From a virus, in the IMG/VR virus record IMGVR_UViG_3300042904_000405, positions 1 through 64,000 of that record: 64,000 bases of DNA, one strand, 5' to 3'. The number at the start of each line of letters is the position of its first letter. Position 1 is the stretch's first letter. The position numbers and the translations under genes are program-made. The notes under the pieces are model-generated. The model saw only the letters and a list, made by a program, of their open reading frames with translations, was not told the DNA's origin and ran no database searches. This document shows positions 40,175 to 49,150 of the stretch, piece after piece.

Positions 40175-40250
40175 TGGGGGCGGGGTGGGCCGGGAAGGGC
40201 CGTGGGGAGGGGAGGGGTGCAATGCGAGGGAGGGGGTTGGTTAGGGAGAA
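40175..40250 (+). other. G-rich tract (G-quadruplex potential)
   Basis: More than ten G3-G5 runs in 75 nt, intergenic. Confidence 0.65.
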
Positions 40251-40290
40251 AAGAAGGATGGTTTGGTGAGAATGTGGTACTTTGGTCTAC

Positions 40291-40482
40291 ATGAATGAAC
40301 CACAGGAGAAGAAGGCTTGGGGGAGGCCGGTGAAGGATCCTTCGGGGCCGGCGAGGAACATGGGGATCTCCCTGGCGCCGAGGCATCAGGAGATCCTCAT
40401 CCGGGAGGCGGAAGCTCGGGGGATCAGTCGGTCGGAGCTGGTGGCGAGGCTCCTCGATCGGCTCGTGGGGGTGAAGAAGTGA
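40291..40482 (+). CDS. Ribbon-helix-helix (CopG-like) DNA-binding protein
   Basis: GRP..MGISLAP....L..EAEARGISRSELVARLL; TACTTT-7nt-ATG. Confidence 0.8.
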   Translation: MNEPQEKKAWGRPVKDPSGPARNMGISLAPRHQEILIREAEARGISRSELVARLLDRLVGVKK

Positions 40483-41939
40483 GCGGCGTGGCGTACATGG
40501 CACGGAACCGGGAGACGGCGGACAAGGTGACGGAGATCCTCGAGCTGCCAGAGGGCAGGTGGGTCGACGTCAGGGTCGAGCTGGAGACCGACGAGCCGGC
40601 GGTGGCCGTCGTCAGGCTGCTGCTCTCCTCCGCTCAGCTCCACGCCCTCGTCGACGCCTGCACGGAGGTGGTGTGATGGATGACTACATCGTCGTGACGA
40701 CCCCCGTGCCGAACCCGGACTACGACCCGAACGCCACCTGGCCGTCAGTGAACCTGCAGGAGGAGGTGTTGGCCTTCCAGATCTGTGTGCTCACAGGCGC
40801 AGGGTGGTACACGCCTCTCGCCATGGAACCTCTCCCGTACAGCCAGCTCGGCCTCGCCCTCCACATCGTCAAGGCGCTCAACGCCTACGCCGAACCGACC
40901 ACCGAGGAGGAGGGGTCATGAGGGTCATCCTGGCGGTGACCTCCCTCGTGATCATCTTCGTGACCTCGAGGGACGACTGGTTCTGGCAGGGACTCGCGGC
41001 GATCGCCGCCGCGGTGCTGGCCTTCACGGCTGACTCCCCTGTCGACGCAGGGATCTGGGGGATCGTGGCGGGGCTCGGGGCCTGCGACGCCCTGCTCGCG
41101 CTGGAAGGGCACCGGCTCAGGCGGGTGCGACGGATGCGGCACCTGCGGACCGGGCTGGAGCGCCGGGGGCGGTAGGCATTGCGCAGCTGACTCTCGTGGC
41201 GTACGATGAGGGTCGGACATAGCATACGAAAGGCCACTCCATGGACGAAGAGATCTACAACGAGGCGACGGCGGAGTTCTACTGCGCAATCGCCCTCCAG
41301 ACGGGCAGGTGCGCCGAGCTGCTCAACGGGCTCGCCAACGGCGGGGCGGTGACGCTCGACGTGAGCACCACCCCGCCGGGCTTCGCCTTCATCTCGGCCG
41401 AGCAGGTCGCACAGCTGGCGGAGGGTCTGTGATGGCCCTCGAAGAACTGCAGAGGCTGTTCCCGATCGGGACGCGGTGGATGATGACGGCGAACGACCGG
41501 ACACGTGAAGCCACGGTCGTCGGCTACGAGGCGGATCCGGTCGACGGCTGGGTGTGGGTCGTGGTCCGCAGCGCCGAAAACCTCGGGGCCTTCCACTATG
41601 AGTCGAACGTCTGGGACAGGATCGCCGAACCGACACCGTGCCCAATCGTCGAGGCCGAGAGGTTCCGCATCGTGGAGGATCCCGAGGCGAGTCCGTACCG
41701 GACGCTGTCGCGGGGCCTCAACGGGACCCCGATCACCCTCCACCCGGCCGACGCCAACCTCGCCTCGCTCGGCTCGTGGGCGCCGTACACGTGGGAGAAC
41801 CGGTGATCTGGTACCTCATCCGCTGGCTGGTCTCCCTGGCGTTCCGCCGGATCGGGTTCATCGACGACGTCGACGTGGAGGTGACGCGGTGATCTGGAGG
41901 GTCATCAGGTGGCTCAAGCGAAACCTGGCGACGTGGTGA
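40479..41939 (+). other. Run of small genes (40479-40676, 40676-40921, 40918-41175 membrane, 41241-41432, 41432-41806 and two tiny MIW.. ORFs to 41939)
   Basis: Coupled start/stop overlaps. Confidence 0.6.
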
Positions 41940-42457
41940 CGCGCCCCTACCGGGTGCTGTTCTGCGGCAGCCGCAACTGGTCGGCCCCTGAGCCGATCCG
42001 CATCAAGCTGGAGGGGATCCTGGAGAAGCATCCCAACGTTGAGCTGGTCCACGGCGCTGGCCGCGGCGCCGACATGATCGCCGGCGCGGTCGCTGAGTCC
42101 CTCGGCGTGCCGGTCCACGCCTTCCCAGCCGACTGGGACGGAGAAGGGCTCGGCGCGGGGCCGTTGCGCAACCAGCGCATGCTCGACTTCGGCGTCGACG
42201 CCATCTACGCCTTCAAGGAGGGCTTCATCCGCACGATGGACAGAGGCGGGACCGAGGACATGGTCAGACGGGGCTTGGAGGCCGGGGTGCCGGCTCAGAT
42301 CATCGACACGGTCACCGTCACGACGGGGACGATCATCCACCAGGCCATCGGGCGCAACAGCGAGGGCATGACGACGAGCTGTGGCCTCGAGCGCCAGCAC
42401 TACTCGACGTGCTCGGGCTTCGCCTCCATGGTGACGTGCGAGGAGTGCCTGACATGA
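41936..42457 (+). CDS. SLOG/YspA-like (DUF2493) protein
   Basis: RVLFCGSRNW, VHGAGRGAD, FPADW, AGPLRNQRML, GGTEDM. Confidence 0.85.
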   Translation: MTRPYRVLFCGSRNWSAPEPIRIKLEGILEKHPNVELVHGAGRGADMIAGAVAESLGVPVHAFPADWDGEGLGAGPLRNQRMLDFGVDAIYAFKEGFIRTMDRGGTEDMVRRGLEAGVPAQIIDTVTVTTGTIIHQAIGRNSEGMTTSCGLERQHYSTCSGFASMVTCEECLT

Positions 42458-42678
42458 GCGCCGAGGAACGAGCCGCCGATGTGATCCGCAGCGCCGACGG
42501 CAACCCCGACGTCTACAGGCACGCCGCTCGGGCTCTCGCTGACGCCGAGCTGCTCGTCACCGACGAGATCCAAGCGGTGCTCGATGCGTTCGTCGCTCTT
42601 CGCAGTGATGGGTCGACTCTCGCCTACCACCGGGCTGGCAGGGCTCTGGACGCCTACCTCGCATCGAGGCCGTCGTGA
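42454..42678 (+). CDS. Hypothetical protein
   Basis: Coupled ORF, SD GGAG. Confidence 0.55.
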   Translation: MSAEERAADVIRSADGNPDVYRHAARALADAELLVTDEIQAVLDAFVALRSDGSTLAYHRAGRALDAYLASRPS

Positions 42679-43007
42679 CCGAACGTCGCCAGAAGTACAC
42701 CATCGGGCCCGGCCCGTGGTGCGGGACCTCCGGCGGGTACGGCAACCACCACTGCCGGTGCGATGCCTGCCGGGCCGCCAACGCCGCCATGGCCAAGGAC
42801 TGGCGGGATCGCAACGCCGAGCGCTCCCGGGCGGTGAAGGCGCGGTGGAGGCGCAAGATGGGCATGGCCGAGCGTCCGCCGGTCGTCCGCAACCCGGACT
42901 GCCCGCTCGGCTACGGCAGCCGCACCGGCTACACACGCCACGGCTGTCGCTGCGATCTGTGCCGCGAGGGCAACAACCGCTACCACCGAGAGCGTCGCCG
43001 GAAGTGA
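42675..43007 (+). CDS. Basic protein with two GY..H.CRCD.CR zinc-binding repeats
   Basis: GGYGNHHCRCDACR and TGYTRHGCRCDLCR. Confidence 0.7.
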   Translation: MTERRQKYTIGPGPWCGTSGGYGNHHCRCDACRAANAAMAKDWRDRNAERSRAVKARWRRKMGMAERPPVVRNPDCPLGYGSRTGYTRHGCRCDLCREGNNRYHRERRRK

Positions 43008-43070
43008 CCGCGGGACGCGCGATGCACGCGAGGGGATGCCGCCGGTACGACCACCGTCTACCGTTTGGGC

Positions 43071-43685
43071 ATGAAACGACTCCCAATCCTGGCGGTGGCG
43101 CTCCTCGCGCTCGGCACGCTCACGGCGTGCGTCCCGATCCCTGGTCTGTCGAACAACGGCTTCACGAAGGCCCGCTGGCCGAACCGCACGTCGGTCAATA
43201 TGGCGAACCCGTCGAACGTCAACGGCTACAACATGGTCGAGTCGGTCAACGAGTGGAACTTCACCGCTGGGTGGCGCATGATCGACGTGTACCCGCAGAA
43301 TGACGCCTACGGCAACGCCAACGCTGACATCAGGTTCTCGCCGATGTCGCCCATCATCGACGGGCGAGGCGGCCGCCACGCCATGTGGGTGCAGGAGTTC
43401 CTGAACGCTGACCGCAGCGTCCACCACTGCGTCATCCACTACGACCCCGAGTTCCTGGCCCAGGTCCCGGAGATGCGCCATCCCGACGTGATCTCTCACG
43501 AGGTCGGCCACTGTCTCGGCTGGTACACGACCGGCGACATCAACGGGCTCTGCGATCCTGGCTACCAGGGCGTCATGTCGTACTGCCGCTTCAACAGCTA
43601 CCAACCGTGGTGGGAGAACCACCCAGCCCCGTGGTGGGGCGCTGACGACCAGACGATGCTGGCCAACGCTGGATACCGGTGGTGA
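43071..43685 (+). CDS. Lipoprotein zinc metallopeptidase (matrixin-like)
   Basis: MKRLPILAVALLALGTLTAC; VISHEVGHCLG; GVMSY Met-turn. Confidence 0.8.
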   Translation: MKRLPILAVALLALGTLTACVPIPGLSNNGFTKARWPNRTSVNMANPSNVNGYNMVESVNEWNFTAGWRMIDVYPQNDAYGNANADIRFSPMSPIIDGRGGRHAMWVQEFLNADRSVHHCVIHYDPEFLAQVPEMRHPDVISHEVGHCLGWYTTGDINGLCDPGYQGVMSYCRFNSYQPWWENHPAPWWGADDQTMLANAGYRW

Positions 43686-44014
43686 GCGAAGGCTCCCAGA
43701 TCGTTGTTCGCCTCCCGGACGTGGAGACGGGCCAGCTCGAGGAGCTGTGCGAGCACTTCGGGCTGACCCGCTCCCAGATGGTGCGCCGGATGATCCACCT
43801 GGCGCACTCAAAGCTCCCGTCGCGGTCTGACCCCGCCGAGCTGAAGGGTCCGTCGAAGCTCGCCAAGCAGCTGGAGGAGCGAGCCGCTGTGAGGATCCGC
43901 AACCGGCGCTCGGGCCTGCAGAAGGTGGAGCCGGCGGCCTGTGAGCGCCACCAGTGGACGGCGCTCGGCGACGGTCTCGACCAGTGTCAGGTCTGTTTGG
44001 CCATGAAGGGCTGA
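43682..44014 (+). CDS. RHH-like DNA-binding protein with C-terminal Zn site
   Basis: IVVRLP....LEELCEHFGLTRSQMVRRMI; CERHQW...CQVC. Confidence 0.65.
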   Translation: MSEGSQIVVRLPDVETGQLEELCEHFGLTRSQMVRRMIHLAHSKLPSRSDPAELKGPSKLAKQLEERAAVRIRNRRSGLQKVEPAACERHQWTALGDGLDQCQVCLAMKG

Positions 44015-44028
44015 GGTACCATCCGGCC

Positions 44029-44211
44029 ATGGCAACCCCGACCAACATCGTCATCGTCATGGAGCCCGGCGAGCTGCACTTCGCCGTGGTGAACCGCGAC
44101 AACTACGAGACGCTCCTCCACTCGGAGGACTACGACTCGATCTCCAACCGCAACCGGGCGGCCCGCGACCTCAAGAAGCTCACCGGCTGGCCCACCGTCG
44201 ACCACACCTGA
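44029..44211 (+). CDS. Small protein (DUF1508/YegP-like fold possible)
   Basis: TACCAT-6nt-ATG; HFAVVNRDNYETLLHSEDY.S.SN..RA. Confidence 0.6.
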   Translation: MATPTNIVIVMEPGELHFAVVNRDNYETLLHSEDYDSISNRNRAARDLKKLTGWPTVDHT

Positions 44212-44586
44212 CCCCCACTCGCCCCCCCGGAGTGCCGACAGGACTCGCGAGGGGGAGGCCAGCTACACCGGGACAGAGGTTACGAGGCCCGGCGTGGGGG
44301 CGTGTCTGGCCTTACGTCAGTTGAGCGCTGCAGAGAGGAAGGCCGGGCGCTGGCTGGACGGGTGCACCTGCATCGACAGATTGCGCGCCTCGTCCTCGCC
44401 GAGCACGACGATCGTGGGCATCTGATCGAGCAGTGCTTCCCAGTCGATCTCATCCATTGCGCCCTCCTTGGCAGAAGTGAAGGAAGCCGAGCCAGCGCTT
44501 CAAGCGGATCAGCTTGTCGCACCGCGGGCACCGGAACCAGTCACCGGAGACGGCTTCGATTCGGCCCTCGGGTTCGTCTGCGGCGT

Positions 44587-44760
44587 TCAAGACAACAGAT
44601 CCTTCAGCTTCGTGATCTCGTCGTAGGCCTTCTTGACCTTGCCGCCGTGACGTTCGACGAGCTGGTTCCAGTCGACGAAGACGGACAGCGGCGAGGCCGA
44701 GATCTCGCCGATCTCGGTCAGCCCTTCGAACTGGGTGTTGATGTCGTCTTCGTTGCTCAC
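44587..44760 (-). CDS. Small hypothetical protein
   Basis: GTGA coupling; MSNEDDINTQFEG... Confidence 0.55.
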   Translation of the reverse strand: MSNEDDINTQFEGLTEIGEISASPLSVFVDWNQLVERHGGKVKKAYDEITKLKDLLS

Positions 44761-45371
44761 TTCGTCTCCGGGAGTCCGCCGCTAGGAGCGGCTGTCGTTG
44801 GGGTCGTGTCCGCGGGCCACGCCACCGTTGAACGGGGAGGCTCCACGGAGCAGTTGACGCAGCCTCGGGGCACGAGGGGGGCGGTCGTCGAAGAGACGTC
44901 GGTACCACGAGGGACGGTTGTCCCAGGCGAAGTCGATGAAGTCGAGGAGGGCGTCGGCTGCGTCGTCGAGGTCTCGGGCACGGTCACCTGGGTCACCGGC
45001 GTGCAGTCCTGACACACGGTCGTCGATGTCGTGGAGTCTGGCACGGTCGTCGTGGTCCCGTCAGGCGGGTCGCACTCGCCGAGCGTGTCCTGCTCGTGGC
45101 CGGCCTGGGTGGTGCCGTTCTCGTTGAAGTGACCCCCGTTGCCGTAGACGGCCTGCGGCGGCAGGTGCAGCGTGACGTAGTTCGCCGGGTCGTCGGCCCG
45201 GCCAGCGACGTGACAGATCGTGATCTTGTCGTTGTTCCCAGCGGCAGGCACGGCCCCACCCGTCGGAGCGAAGAGCCAGATGGCCGCGGCACCCCCGACG
45301 GCGAGGACGCCTGCGATGAGTGGGGCGGCGTGGGCCCGCTTGAGGGGCCTCTGGTTCTCTTGGATGTCCAC
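44757..45371 (-). CDS. Secreted/anchored protein with KITICH domain and Thr/Pro-rich tail
   Basis: TACGAT-6nt-GTG; TM; DKITICH...GH...GH..D.LGEC; ends GGLPETK (LPxTG-like but lacking TM anchor). Confidence 0.7.
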   Translation of the reverse strand: MDIQENQRPLKRAHAAPLIAGVLAVGGAAAIWLFAPTGGAVPAAGNNDKITICHVAGRADDPANYVTLHLPPQAVYGNGGHFNENGTTQAGHEQDTLGECDPPDGTTTTVPDSTTSTTVCQDCTPVTQVTVPETSTTQPTPSSTSSTSPGTTVPRGTDVSSTTAPLVPRGCVNCSVEPPRSTVAWPADTTPTTAAPSGGLPETK

Positions 45372-45465
45372 TCGGCGATCGTATACGACGCCGCCTAGCA
45401 TGTCCAGCGAACGAGCGTTCGCCGGCGGTGGACAAAGCTGCTATGCCACCTCTACGGTGGCTGCT

Positions 45466-45627
45466 ATGAGCGAGGCCAGCGAGAACTCCCGCCCGGGCAA
45501 GGAGGGCAAGATCCAGTCCTTCTACGTGCGCCACGAGATCCTGGCCAAGCTCGGCGCCCTAGCCAAGGAGCGCGGCGTCAGCCGCAACCGCATGCTGACT
45601 GTGCTCGTCGAGGAAGCCGATCAGTAG
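45466..45627 (+). CDS. Ribbon-helix-helix DNA-binding protein
   Basis: SFYVRHEILAKLGALAKERGVSRNRML; TACGGT-7nt-ATG. Confidence 0.75.
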   Translation: MSEASENSRPGKEGKIQSFYVRHEILAKLGALAKERGVSRNRMLTVLVEEADQ

Positions 45628-45959
45628 CACTGCCACCCTTGGTCGACCTTGGCGAGCGAGCCGTCGACGTAGTCCTCGGACACGGCGATCTGCTCGGCCT
45701 TGGTCGCCTGCCACGGCTGGTCGGCGTAACGCTCACCGCCGAGGCGGTCCCAGTAGTAGTGGTTCCACATCAGGCCGCCGGAGAACGTGCCGTGGCTGTT
45801 CGTGACGGGCCGGTGGGACCAGTTGCCACCTGACTCACATTCGGCGATCGCATTCCAGTCGACGGTCCATGTCTGTGACCGCTGTGGCTGGCACTGGCCG
45901 GCGCAATCGGTGAGCAGAGCCACCGGCAAGGCTGCGATCGCGAAGAGACGAGTGTTCAT
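45621..45959 (-). CDS. Resuscitation-promoting-factor (Rpf)-like transglycosylase, secreted/lipoprotein
   Basis: VDWNAIAECESGGNW...FSGGL.W...W...GG..YA..P.QAT.AEQIAV.E...QGW.C. Confidence 0.88.
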   Translation of the reverse strand: MNTRLFAIAALPVALLTDCAGQCQPQRSQTWTVDWNAIAECESGGNWSHRPVTNSHGTFSGGLMWNHYYWDRLGGERYADQPWQATKAEQIAVSEDYVDGSLAKVDQGWQCY

Positions 45960-46004
45960 TGGTTGGTTCCTCCATGGTTGCCGCCCGGCTTCGGATGCGA
46001 CTGT

Positions 46005-46555
46005 CTAGCAGCCAGCGCCCTTCTTCCAGAACGCGGCCTTCACCGTCGGGTAGGTGCCGTTGAGGCTCATCTCGTAGGACTGCTCCATGTAGCACGTCCG
46101 CCTGACGGCATCCCGGGGGTGGCAGTACGGCACGCCGCCGATCGACGCCTCTTGCTCGGGCATCACCCGGCCGCAGCGCCCACAGATGCGCTCAACCACC
46201 GTTCACCCGCTCACGGATCATCTCGACGACGCGGGGCTCGCTGAACAGCCAGACGAACACCTCGGCCCACTGCTGCTTCGGGAACGTGGCCCGCAGCTGC
46301 TCGAGCTTCAGGTGAAGGTCCGGGTCGGCGCGGAAGGTGACGACGGGGCGCTCAGCCATCTTCGTCCCAGTCGTATGGCTTCCAGTTGTCCGCTGACTCC
46401 GGCCGCCACTCGATCTCTTCGCGCCGCCACTCCTTGTACAGCATGTCGCCGGACCGCATGCGGGTGACCGCCTCACGGCCATCGCTGGTCTCACACCACA
46501 GCGAGCCGTCGGGGGCGAGCACCCGGAACCAGCGTCCGCGTTTCCAGTCAGGCAC
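46005..46555 (-). other. Three small genes (46005-46199, 46192-46359 RHH-like, 46352-46555)
   Basis: Coupled ORFs. Confidence 0.55.
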
Positions 46556-47568
46556 CGGTCACCACCTTCCATGTTCCGTCCGGGCTGACCCGCACGATGG
46601 TGTAGCTCTGAGCGAACAGCGATGTGCGCGCCGTCTCGGGGTCGTTCGCTCCCCACCACAAGCGGCCGTCGCGATCAACCACGTAGAACATGTCGGCGAC
46701 CTGTTTCGGCGGTTCGGTAGCGGGGTCAGGCATTGGCGATCGCCGCCCTCAGAGCGTGGACGAGTGACGAACCCTCGCCCGTGCTCACTACGCCGCGCTT
46801 GTCCCCAATCACCACCGCGGTTCCGTGAGTCGTGATGGCGTGCGGTATCCGCACCGTCGCTCCGCTGCCGAGCACGACGTCGAGTAGATCGTCAGTTGTG
46901 AGCAGGTCGGCACAGTCTGGACAGAGCGCGAACCTCAGAGGGATGAGGTCCGAGCAGCGGCAGGGGCTATCGGACGGCGGTTCGTTAGCTGGTGCTGGCA
47001 TAGCCGTCCATCCATCGCTCGGCGATTCGGTAGCAAGGGTCCAGACAGAAGTGCCAGACCTGTACGTCATCGGCGCACCATCCCATGTCGGCCAATGGTC
47101 GGCGCGTGCCGCAGATGGCGCAGATGAACGGCGGTTCGATGGCAGGCGCAGGCGGCGGACTGCTCGGCCACGGCGGGCACTTGCTCACGTCGGTCCGCGG
47201 GTTGCTAGCCATCGGCCGATTCTTCGCACGGGCGACAGATGCCGTCAATCAGTTGCTCCCGCGACTCGCAACGCTCACAGACACCGCTGCGGCCCTCGCG
47301 GAAGTAGCGACGAGTGTTTGGTGGGAGGTGGGCGAGGGGGTCGCTATTGAACGGCGGTTCGTTAGTCACGGTCGGCCTCCAGCCATCGCCCGATGGCTGG
47401 GAGTCCGACTCGGACGACGGGCTCATCGGTGTCGAGCACGGCTCGCGCCTCGTCGCTGATGGACGGCGGTTCAGACGCCTGATCGCACGGCCACGGTTCG
47501 CCGCACGTCGCACATCGGACGATGGTCGCCGGGCGATGGCGATTGAACGGCGGTTCATCAGCGGGCAC
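46548..47568 (-). other. Five small EPP-motif genes (46548-46733, 46726-47001, 46985-47211, 47205-47369, 47362-47568), four with CxxC
   Basis: MPDPATEPPK, MPAPANEPPSDS, ..AIEPPFIC, MTNEPPFNS, MPADEPPFN..ASEPPSIS. Confidence 0.7.
46703..47557. repeat. EPP-repeat cluster 2: six sites at 46703 (degenerate), 46971, 47125, 47348, 47460, 47544
   Basis: Same CGGCGGTTC core, orientation and reading frame as cluster 1. Confidence 0.92.
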
Positions 47569-47803
47569 GTTGGGCCTCCAGCGTCATCTCAAAGAGCGCC
47601 CGGCGGCTCTGATCAAGGGCGTCGTGCTTGGTCCAGAAGCGACGGTGGAGGATCTCGGGTTCGGGGTTCCCGTGGGTCCACACACAGACGCACGAGGTCC
47701 AGGGCTTCCACTTCCACCAGCTGTGGTGGAGCAGGAAGTCGACCCAGCCGTCGGCGATCTCGTATCGGCCTATCAGCTCGTCGCGCTCTTCGAATCCCCG
47801 CAT
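47558..47803 (-). CDS. Trp-rich hypothetical protein heading the EPP cluster 2 operon
   Basis: TAGCAT-6nt-ATG on minus strand. Confidence 0.6.
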   Translation of the reverse strand: MRGFEERDELIGRYEIADGWVDFLLHHSWWKWKPWTSCVCVWTHGNPEPEILHRRFWTKHDALDQSRRALFEMTLEAQRAR

Positions 47804-47852
47804 GCCGACATGCTATGCACAGATCAGCTGCGTATACAAGCCCGGAACGCCA

Positions 47853-47884
47853 ACGGCCGGCCCCGTCGTCGGAGGGCCGGCCGT
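47853..47884. terminator. Hairpin in divergent intergenic region
   Basis: ACGGCCGGCCC-N10-GGGCCGGCCGT. Confidence 0.5.
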
Positions 47885-48059
47885 CAGGCGGGTGGACATC
47901 GCTCCCGTTTGGCTACTGGCACAGTAACGGCCAGAGCCCCCGCCGCACAAGACCAGCGGGCGAGCATGTCTTGCGCAGCGAGGGCTCAGATGGCACGATG
48001 ACGGACGCCAATCACGTCGGGGCTCAGCGTACCCGACGCCAGAAGCGAAGGGAAGAGCC

Positions 48060-48452
48060 ATGTACCCGTTCAAGATCTACGAGTGCGCCTACTGCGGCGA
48101 TGAGGCCACCGAGAACGATCACGTCACGCCCCGCTCGCGCGGCGGCAGACTGACCGTCCCATCTTGCGCCCCTTGCAACCGGTCCAAGTCCCGCAAGGAC
48201 GCCGACGAATGGCTGGCGCATCAGCTGATCCGCGACGCCCGCTGCGATATCGGTGACGATGCGAGCCGCCGTCTGGTGGAGATGTTGCTCCGCCTCCCGG
48301 CCCTCGTCGACGCTGGGATCATCGACATGGGCTGCGTCGGCGTCGAGCTGGCGTCGGCGCGAGAGGAGGCGCTCCAGCTGGCGCTCAACCTCGAGCTGGC
48401 GCTGACGACCCTCAACGCTGCCGTTGAGAATGCTCGGGCGCTGGCCTCATGA
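48060..48452 (+). CDS. HNH endonuclease
   Basis: CAYCG..ENDHVTPRSRGG...VPSCAPCNRSK. Confidence 0.9.
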   Translation: MYPFKIYECAYCGDEATENDHVTPRSRGGRLTVPSCAPCNRSKSRKDADEWLAHQLIRDARCDIGDDASRRLVEMLLRLPALVDAGIIDMGCVGVELASAREEALQLALNLELALTTLNAAVENARALAS

Positions 48453-49150
48453 GGATCCGCACCGCCCAGATCGCGATCACCCCGATCTGGGTGATCAAGC
48501 ACCCCGACGTCTACGGCAACGCCACACGCATGGCGGTGTACGCCGGCCTGCAGGTTGTCGCCTTCGAAGCGGGCGACACCGAGTGGCGCTCCGACCGCGA
48601 GTTGGCTGTCAGCGTGTCCGAGGTCGTCGGCATCGGAGACGAGGCGTGCCGGAAGCATCTCGCCGCGCTGAAGGCCATCGGGGCGATCGCCAAGACCGTC
48701 GATGGCGACATCTACCTCGCCCAGGATGACCCCGAACTGGGTATCGGCGTGGGTATCCAGGAACCCAAAGTTGGGTCTGGTGGTACCCAAACCGACGAAC
48801 GCACTACCACTACAGAGATAGAGAAGAGAGAGAGACGCGCGTCTGGGTACGACGGGACCCCTGGATTCAACGAGTTCTGGTCGCTCTACCCGAGAGGCGA
48901 GGGCAAGCCGGCCGCCCACGACGCCTTCAAGGCAGCGGCCAAGAAGGACGAGGTGGGAGTGATCCTGGCGGGCCTTGAAGTCTGGGTCGACTACTGGCAC
49001 CGTCGCGGCGAGCCTCAGTTCATCCCGTACGCCCAGAAGTGGCTGAAGGGAGAGAACTGGAACGCCTGCCCGCCCCCGGTGCGCTCTCAGGCTCCGAAGC
49101 TGTCATCGGGTGGCTCAGCGATCGCTCGACGCATGGAGAGGACGTCATGA
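48449..49150 (+). CDS. Phage replication initiator protein
   Basis: N-terminal wHTH, low-complexity linker, C-terminal FNEFWSLYPR..GK..A..AF...FIPYAQKWL..E.W. Confidence 0.8.
   Translation: MRIRTAQIAITPIWVIKHPDVYGNATRMAVYAGLQVVAFEAGDTEWRSDRELAVSVSEVVGIGDEACRKHLAALKAIGAIAKTVDGDIYLAQDDPELGIGVGIQEPKVGSGGTQTDERTTTTEIEKRERRASGYDGTPGFNEFWSLYPRGEGKPAAHDAFKAAAKKDEVGVILAGLEVWVDYWHRRGEPQFIPYAQKWLKGENWNACPPPVRSQAPKLSSGGSAIARRMERTS
48728..48840. other. Putative replication origin inside initiator gene
   Basis: Repeated ACCC/GGGT(A) elements incl. ACCCAAAGTTGGGT followed by purine-only AGAG run; lower GC; lambdoid-like position. Confidence 0.45.
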
